A DNA stretch of 64,000 bases from the NCBI GenBank assembly GCA_963977015.1, contig CAXBMO010000010.1:64001-128000 (forward strand), read 5' to 3'. The notes under the pieces are model-generated. The model saw nothing but the letters and a program-made list of their open reading frames with translations. It was not told the DNA's origin and did not search any database. A program made the translations under genes and the position numbers. Position 1 is the first letter of the stretch, and every line of letters starts with the position of its first letter. Source of the stretch: an uncultured bacterium (GTDB taxonomy: Bacteria; Verrucomicrobiota; Verrucomicrobiia; Verrucomicrobiales; DEV007). This document shows, one piece after another, positions 58,407 to 64,000 of the stretch.

Positions 58407-59570
58407 ATGAATCGAAAACTTCGGATGGGCATGGTCGGCGGCGGCCGAGGAGCGTTTATCGGGCAAGTTCACCGGATGGCAGCTGGATTGGATGGAAAGA
58501 TTGAACTGGTTGCCGGTGCCTTTTCCTCAGATCCCGAGAAATCGAAGCTTTCCGGTCAGGATTTTTTTCTCGATCCCGATCGCGTTTACGCGAGCTATCA
58601 GGAAATGGCCGAAAAGGAGGCTGCGCGCGAGGATAAGATCGATTTCGTGAGCATTGTGGTTCAAAATCACCTTCACTACGAAGTCGCCAAGACGTTCCTG
58701 GAGGCAGGATTCAATGTCATTTGCGACAAGCCGCTTTGTTTCGATTTGGAGCAGGCCTATGCGTTTCGCGAGACGGTCAAAAATTCCGGCAAGATTTTCG
58801 CGCTGACTCACAACTACACGGGGTATCCGATGGTGAAAGAGGCCCGTCAAATGGTGAAGAATGGCGATTTGGGACGCATTTTGAAGATCGTTGCCGAATA
58901 TCCGCAGGGATATGCCGTTGGCGACGTTGAGGGAGAAGGGCAGGGGAAAATCAACAACTGGCGTTCAGATCCGAAAGTCGCCGGGCTTTCCAATTGCACG
59001 AGCGACATCGGCACTCACGCCCACAATCTGGTCCGCTACATTACCGGGTTGGAAATTGACGAGATGTGCGCCGAATTGACGGCTTTCATTCCTGGAAGGG
59101 AACTGGATGATGACGGCAATATTCTGGTGCGTTTTGAAGGAGGCGCCAAGGGGATCATTTACGCTTCCCAGATTTCCAACGGAGACGAAAACGCGCTCAA
59201 TATTCGCGTTTACGGCACCAAAGCCTCGCTGGAATGGCATCAGGAGGATCCCAATGAGTTGATCGTAAAATACGCCAACGCGCCCCGAAAAATTTATCGG
59301 CGGGGGAACGACTATATCAGCGCCGCGGCAAGCGATCACGGCTACACCCGCACGCCTTTTGCCCACCCCGAAGGTTTCATCGAAGCCTTTGCGAACGTCT
59401 ATTTGGCTGCGGCCAGGGCCATGGGTGATCAAATTGACGGCGTCGCTCCACCTGCGGAAGGGTATGATTTTCCCACCGTTGATGATGGGGTCGCCGGAAT
59501 GGCGTTTGTGGCGACAGCCGTGCAGAGTTCGAATTCGAGCGATAAATGGCTGAAGTTCCCAAAGTCCTGA
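58407..59570 (+). CDS. Gfo/Idh/MocA oxidoreductase
   Basis: RMGMVGGGRGAFIGQVHR, VICDKP, LTHNYTGYPMV, DIGTHA, HPEGFIEAFANVY. Confidence 0.93.
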   Translation: MNRKLRMGMVGGGRGAFIGQVHRMAAGLDGKIELVAGAFSSDPEKSKLSGQDFFLDPDRVYASYQEMAEKEAAREDKIDFVSIVVQNHLHYEVAKTFLEAGFNVICDKPLCFDLEQAYAFRETVKNSGKIFALTHNYTGYPMVKEARQMVKNGDLGRILKIVAEYPQGYAVGDVEGEGQGKINNWRSDPKVAGLSNCTSDIGTHAHNLVRYITGLEIDEMCAELTAFIPGRELDDDGNILVRFEGGAKGIIYASQISNGDENALNIRVYGTKASLEWHQEDPNELIVKYANAPRKIYRRGNDYISAAASDHGYTRTPFAHPEGFIEAFANVYLAAARAMGDQIDGVAPPAEGYDFPTVDDGVAGMAFVATAVQSSNSSDKWLKFPKS

Positions 59571-59674
59571 AGGAGGGCGCAGCGGAATCCGGCTCAACTC
59601 TCGCTTCGTCCCTCCCGGAACCCACCAAAACGAAGAAAACTGGATTTTTCGCCCGGCTTTTCGGGCGGGGCTGA
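59546..59674 (+). CDS. Putative 42-aa microprotein with a C-terminal amphipathic membrane-targeting motif (shorter than any ORF in the track)
   Basis: MAEVPKVLKEGAAESGSTLASSLPEPTKTKKTGFFARLFGRG*; overlaps the upstream gene by 25 nt and stops 5 nt before the next ATG. Confidence 0.55.
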   Translation: MAEVPKVLKEGAAESGSTLASSLPEPTKTKKTGFFARLFGRG

Positions 59675-59679
59675 ATGTT

Positions 59680-60057
59680 ATGTCAGAAGCGGAAACAAAG
59701 AGTGTCGTCGTTCTGGGCGCGAGCAACAATCCCGATCGCTACTCGTTCAAAGCAATTTGCGCATTGCGGGAGCATGGATATGCAGTGATCCCGATCCATC
59801 CTGCGTTGGATGAGATTCAGGGGATTGATGTTGTTGCCTCAGTGAAGGAGGTCCATCAACCTGTCGATACGGTCTCTTTGTATGTGAACCCTTCGATTCT
59901 CGGAAAATTGCTGGATGATCTCGTGGATTTGTCTCCCAGGAGAGTGCTCTTCAACCCCGGAACCGAGTCTGCAGAAGCTGTCAAGGTTCTGGAAGAGGCT
60001 GGGATTCAATGTGAAAACGCCTGCACTCTGGTCCTGTTGCAGACTGGCCAGTTTTGA
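59680..60057 (+). CDS. CoA-binding protein (YccU-like)
   Basis: VVLGASNNPDRYS, VDTVSLYV, FNPGTE, ACTLVLL. Confidence 0.92.
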   Translation: MSEAETKSVVVLGASNNPDRYSFKAICALREHGYAVIPIHPALDEIQGIDVVASVKEVHQPVDTVSLYVNPSILGKLLDDLVDLSPRRVLFNPGTESAEAVKVLEEAGIQCENACTLVLLQTGQF

Positions 60058-60061
60058 TGAG

Positions 60062-60097
60062 AAAAAACCCCGACCACGCAAGTGCAGCGGTCGGGGT
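60062..60097 (-). terminator. Intrinsic terminator on the minus strand
   Basis: ACCCCGACC/GGTCGGGGT stem; T6 tract only in the minus orientation. Confidence 0.75.
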
Positions 60098-60197
60098 CAA
60101 AGAAGAACCAAGTATAACTGAGAGATTCAAGTGCCTTATTGTGGCGATCTAGGCGATCCAAAGATCGATTTTGAGGGCCTTGTTAGGATTGAATCTT
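60062..60197 (-). ncRNA. Candidate small RNA
   Basis: Minus-strand TTGCCT-N16-TACCAT promoter, 5' long hairpin, U-rich linker, intrinsic terminator; no ATG inside. Confidence 0.45.
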
Positions 60198-60361
60198 AAA
60201 AATGGTAGCTGGGTTCAAATATCAGGCAAGCGAAATGTTAGGGTTTATGGATATGTTAGACTTCCTCCATTTTCGGTTGGGGAAGCCTAGACCAAGCTTG
60301 ACCATTCGGCTGAGATGCTGTGTTATAGAGTAAAGGGAGTTCCAAAGCTCCAATCGCAATC

Positions 60362-60646
60362 GTGAAAACTCAGATCGAAGACAAACTCAGGGAACTTGAC
60401 GAAGTTCTTCACTCCACGGAACTCGACGCCGAGGAGAAAGCGGAGGTCGTTCGGGAGATTGAGAAGTTCAGGCTCGAATTGGTTGGAGAAAGCTTCAAAT
60501 TACGGGCCAAAGAACGGTCGGAGGACGAAGATCACCCCGTTGTTTCAGTGCTCCAAGGATTGGGACAGAAACTGGCTTCCCACAATCCCAAGGCAGCGGA
60601 GAGGATTAACGCAATCTGCCTTGGTCTCTCCCGCATGGGAATCTGA
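60362..60646 (+). CDS. DUF4404-like small helical protein
   Basis: Helical 94 aa ending in LSRMGI, like the LSNMGI end of DUF4404 proteins. Confidence 0.7.
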   Translation: MKTQIEDKLRELDEVLHSTELDAEEKAEVVREIEKFRLELVGESFKLRAKERSEDEDHPVVSVLQGLGQKLASHNPKAAERINAICLGLSRMGI

Positions 60647-60676
60647 CTGGAGCGTGGGCTCAGTCTCGAGTGTGTC

Positions 60677-61975
60677 CTAGATGTCTCCGAACAATACGGA
60701 GGCACCGCCAATCGCACTGGCGCCGCGAACCACTTCTGCTTTCAACGGGACCGCGCGAGCGCTGCCGATCGTCTCTTTGACATTGGCGGCATGGAACGTC
60801 TTGGCACCTTTTCCTGAAAGTTGTTTCCCGAGTTCATCAACGAGGCGCGGAATGTTGTTTCCTCCCCCTGTAAGGATGACTTCATCGACGTTGGTGGTCT
60901 CGTGCTCGTGCAGAAATCCTTCCAGACTGCGACCAATTTCGGTAGCCAATTCGACGATACAGCTTTGGATGATTGCGGCTTCGTCGCCACCCCCAATTTT
61001 ACCAACTTCCGGGTGTTCCCAAGCGGTCTCATCGCTGTAAACAGAACGACGCATCTTCTCAAGATCCATCGAACTGAGTTTTCGGATGGCCTGCTTTTTA
61101 TCGTCGGAGAGACGGTTCTGAACCATTTCATCCAAATGACTGATCCCGAGGGGCTCCGAGTTCGTCTCGCAAAGTGGGAAGTAACCCAGGGATTCCAGGT
61201 CGATCGCAACCAACCCGAAATCGGCGGTGTAGGCACCGACATCGATGATCAGGACGGAGTAAACACTTGGAGGTACTTCGCCCAAAGTTGTGGCATCAAA
61301 CGAATTGATAAAGCTGATGAGATCGCTGCCCTGAAAAATGCGGCTGACATCGGGCATCTCTTCGCCGTCCTCGTCGCGATTCATGTAATTCCGCCCCTGG
61401 CTCAAGGCTCCGGTCAGGTTGGCCAGCGGTTCTGAAATACAAAAGGAACTCAGGGTTCTCCATCCTGCATCGGTCAGGAGATCGTCAAAGGAACTCGCTT
61501 CAAGGGAATTGAGGGCAAAATCGGGAATACAGATCCGCATAATCGCCTCGTCGGTGACTTCTCCTGTTCCCGCCATGCTGGGCACCAACTCGTTCTTCAG
61601 CCAGTGAAAATACTTCAAGCCGACCGTCCGTGCTTTCATTTTGGGGTCGTTCTGGCCGTCGATGGCGGGAGCCCGGTAGAAAATGCTTCCAACCAGGGAC
61701 TCGGGATCAAAGATCTTGTCTCCGGACTCGAACAACGCCTTTTTCCAGTTTCTGAAAACATGAATGTCATCGCTGGAGCGCATATCCGCCGCGTCCGCGC
61801 CAAACACCCACTGATCCCGACTCGCGCTCCATGCTGCGATGGTCGGGATGCAGACGTGAAGTGGATCAAGATCCAAGGAATCATGATTGAGCAATTCGGA
61901 AGGCGTATCCGGTTGTCTGCGAATAGCCACTTTTGTGTAAGCGGCTCCAAAATCGATGCTAATTGCGGGTTTCAT
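60677..61975 (-). CDS. Hsp70/actin-fold ATPase, nucleotide-binding domain only
   Basis: IDFGAAYTK (phosphate 1), ISEPLA (connect 1), IIDVGAYTAD (phosphate 2), ILTGGGNNIP (adenosine), VVRGASAIGG (connect 2). Confidence 0.85.
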   Translation of the reverse strand: MKPAISIDFGAAYTKVAIRRQPDTPSELLNHDSLDLDPLHVCIPTIAAWSASRDQWVFGADAADMRSSDDIHVFRNWKKALFESGDKIFDPESLVGSIFYRAPAIDGQNDPKMKARTVGLKYFHWLKNELVPSMAGTGEVTDEAIMRICIPDFALNSLEASSFDDLLTDAGWRTLSSFCISEPLANLTGALSQGRNYMNRDEDGEEMPDVSRIFQGSDLISFINSFDATTLGEVPPSVYSVLIIDVGAYTADFGLVAIDLESLGYFPLCETNSEPLGISHLDEMVQNRLSDDKKQAIRKLSSMDLEKMRRSVYSDETAWEHPEVGKIGGGDEAAIIQSCIVELATEIGRSLEGFLHEHETTNVDEVILTGGGNNIPRLVDELGKQLSGKGAKTFHAANVKETIGSARAVPLKAEVVRGASAIGGASVLFGDI

Positions 61976-61996
61976 TGACGAATGCGAACAGGCTCA

Positions 61997-62812
61997 CTAG
62001 ATCGCCCGAACTGTAGCTTTTTCCAGTAGATACTCACCAACTCCGTCATGAACGACCCATCCAGCCCTAACTATCTCGACATTGTCGCCGGGAAAAACCG
62101 CATCTGAGCAGATATGGCGGCGACCGATAAATTGAACGAGCTCCCCAGCCTCACCGACTTGTTGAACTCCCGAGGCTCGCAACGCACGTGCAATCCCTTC
62201 CCGGGCTTCCTCTGTTTTGGCGTATTTCCAGCTGATCACTAACTCATGTGCCAAATCTCGTTTGAAACTGGCTTTGTCAGAGTCCGCCGACGGAGTTGAG
62301 GGCGATTTTTCTGGTTTTGGAATGATCGATTGGATTTCGCCAATCAGTTTTGAACATGCGGCTTCGATTCTGGCAAAATCGTCTTTCCAATCGCGTTTTG
62401 ATGCGAGGTCAGCCCAATGCTTAAGAAGTTGATGTTGGTAAACGGGCGAAGACTCCGCAATCAGTTCTTCTCGCTCAGCGGGGGGCGAAAACTCAACAAG
62501 CCTTTCGATTCCGTGAGGAGTCAGGCGAACGTGCAAAGGTCTCTTTTTGCTGCGTTCCCCTTCACGGAGGAGCAATGGTGGGTCCGATTCCAAGCAAAAT
62601 TTCACCGCCCGTGATTTCGTATTTCCCCCTGGGAAGAGTCCACTCTTCCTCCCCAGCAACCGGGACGGTCCATGATTTTTGACGGCTTTTTTGAGAGCCT
62701 GGGTAATGAGTTCCTGCAACTCGATCTCGAAACTCGAAAATAAGAATTCTTCCACTGCGAAATGATAGGGATTGAGACGTGGCGAGCAACGAATTCTCAA
62801 CATTTTTAGCAA
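61997..62812 (-). CDS. Putative winged-helix + GrpE-like beta-domain protein (true start possibly 62755 or 62719)
   Basis: VRLTPHGIERL wing-like motif; C-terminal GVQQVGEAGELVQFIGRRH...GDNVEIVRAGW...LLEKATV resembles the GrpE head domain. Confidence 0.65.
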   Translation of the reverse strand: MLKMLRIRCSPRLNPYHFAVEEFLFSSFEIELQELITQALKKAVKNHGPSRLLGRKSGLFPGGNTKSRAVKFCLESDPPLLLREGERSKKRPLHVRLTPHGIERLVEFSPPAEREELIAESSPVYQHQLLKHWADLASKRDWKDDFARIEAACSKLIGEIQSIIPKPEKSPSTPSADSDKASFKRDLAHELVISWKYAKTEEAREGIARALRASGVQQVGEAGELVQFIGRRHICSDAVFPGDNVEIVRAGWVVHDGVGEYLLEKATVRAI

Positions 62813-62882
62813 TAGACGGCGGGATTTGAGCCAATATCGGTGTCCTTTATCAACTTCATGTCAATTCCAAGAAGGATTCAGC

Positions 62883-62910
62883 TTGACCTTTCAAGAAAAC
62901 TGAGTATCTA
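62883..62910 (+). promoter_or_regulatory. Putative sigma70 promoter of rpsN
   Basis: TTGACC-N16-TATCTA, 14 nt upstream of the ATG. Confidence 0.5.
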
Positions 62911-62924
62911 CCGGGCTCACTATT

Positions 62925-63194
62925 ATGGCCAAGAAATCCTGGATCGAGCGCAACAAGCGCAAGCAGCAAACTGTTGAGAAATACGCGAAAATTCGCCGTA
63001 AGCTCAAGGAAGAAAAAGACTACGTTGGTCTCTCCATGCTTCCTCGCGATGCCAGCCCGACCCGCTTGGTCAACCGTTGCCGAGTCACTGGTCGTCGCCA
63101 TGGTTACCTCCGCCGCTTCCAGATTTCTCGTATCGAGTTTCGCGAACTCGCCTCTAACGGAATGATTCCGGGAGTTACCAAGAGTAGTTGGTAG
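62925..63194 (+). CDS. rpsN: 30S ribosomal protein S14, zinc-independent 89-aa form
   Basis: MAKKS...[36 protein letters not shown]...IPGVTKSSW. Confidence 0.97.
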   Translation: MAKKSWIERNKRKQQTVEKYAKIRRKLKEEKDYVGLSMLPRDASPTRLVNRCRVTGRRHGYLRRFQISRIEFRELASNGMIPGVTKSSW

Positions 63195-63266
63195 GCTCCG
63201 GCCATTTTTCTCGATCCCCAATTTGAGGATTGGAATCGGGGCGTTTGGTCGTCTAAGCTAGAACAA

Positions 63267-63521
63267 ATGCCCCTCTACGAATATATCGCCGAAGCCGAGG
63301 ACAAGGGTTGTAGAGTCTGTCTAAAGGGTTTCGAAATACGTAGGCCGATTTCGAGGCCGGCACTTGAAGCCTGCCCGCTATGCGGTTCACCCGTGAGAAA
63401 ATTACTCGCCAAAAACGTCGGCCAGCCAAAAATCACCGCACCGTTGTCAGTATCTGACGCGAAAAAGGCTGGCTTCACCATCCTCGAGAAACGGGATGAG
63501 GGCGTCTATGAGAAGCTTTGA
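63267..63521 (+). CDS. FmdB-family zinc-ribbon protein
   Basis: MPLYEY, CRVC, CPLCG. Confidence 0.9.
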   Translation: MPLYEYIAEAEDKGCRVCLKGFEIRRPISRPALEACPLCGSPVRKLLAKNVGQPKITAPLSVSDAKKAGFTILEKRDEGVYEKL

Positions 63522-63549
63522 CCAGGCTGTTTGGTGGTGATCTTCCCGA

Positions 63550-64000
63550 ATGAACGCATCTGATAGCTTACTCCTGATAGGCGCAACTGAAACGATGAGC
63601 GCTGGAGGGTATGCTTGGACCTTCCTGTTCGTCTTGTTTTTCGTCCTGTTGAACGGATTCTTTGTCGCGGCTGAGTTTTCAATCGTCAAAGTGCGATCCA
63701 GCCAACTTGACCAGAGTATCAGCGAAGGGAGCAAGCGGGCGAATCTGGCAAAACAAGTTACCGGCAAGCTCGATGCCTATCTTTCCGCGACCCAATTGGG
63801 GATTACCATTTCCAGCATTGCCCTTGGGATCGTGGGTGAGCGGCTTGTGGAAGTTGCGGTGCGACCGGTTTTCGTTTGGGCATTTGGAGCGGTTAATGAG
63901 CCTCTTATCCATGGAGTTTCGCTGGGGATCGCCTTTTTGATCGTCACATTTCTCCATGTTGTTCTGGGGGAACTGATGCCGAAAAGTCTGGCGATTCGGA
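63550..64000 (+). CDS. Hemolysin-family/CNNM (DUF21) transporter, truncated by window end; not in ORF track
   Basis: Manual translation: LLNGFFVAAEFSIVKVR...YLSATQLGIT...FLHVVLGELMPKSLAI; start 63550 or 63595. Confidence 0.92.
   Translation, partial: MNASDSLLLIGATETMSAGGYAWTFLFVLFFVLLNGFFVAAEFSIVKVRSSQLDQSISEGSKRANLAKQVTGKLDAYLSATQLGITISSIALGIVGERLVEVAVRPVFVWAFGAVNEPLIHGVSLGIAFLIVTFLHVVLGELMPKSLAIR

Noticed and set aside
1-64000. CRISPR arrays, rRNA, intact transposases/integrases, prophage genes
   Set aside because: No regularly spaced repeats or corresponding motifs seen by eye.

Overview
Mostly chromosomal core DNA of a PVC-superphylum bacterium, most likely Verrucomicrobiota (inferred from planctomycete-type cytochrome c/DUF1501/DUF1552 modules, an SHD1 domain and a sulfatase; not verified by search). 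Housekeeping genes: aroC, proB, aroE, gltX, aspS, acpP, accA, panB, folK, dapB/A/F, gpmI, rpsN, lhgO, thiS, plus tRNA-Arg(CCG), tRNA-Thr(CGT) and tRNA-Gln(TTG). The most notable accessory elements are: (1) a 1740-aa nuclease-STAND NTPase-helical (Avs/NLR-like) gene behind the 3' end of tRNA-Thr, next to an ISL3 transposase scar; (2) a two-gene module of a winged-helix/GrpE-like fusion and an Hsp70/actin-fold ATPase with no substrate-binding domain; (3) a 42-aa microprotein missing from the ORF track that ends in a MinD-like membrane-targeting motif; (4) a candidate ~135-nt sRNA with its own promoter and terminator; (5) an AraC-fbaA-dhaL-lsrF sugar locus with a thrice-repeated candidate operator; (6) a prenyltransferase-repeat plus divergent squalene-hopene-cyclase pair; (7) recurrent leaderless-type promoters. 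All calls come from motif recognition by eye; no database searches or folding programs were run.
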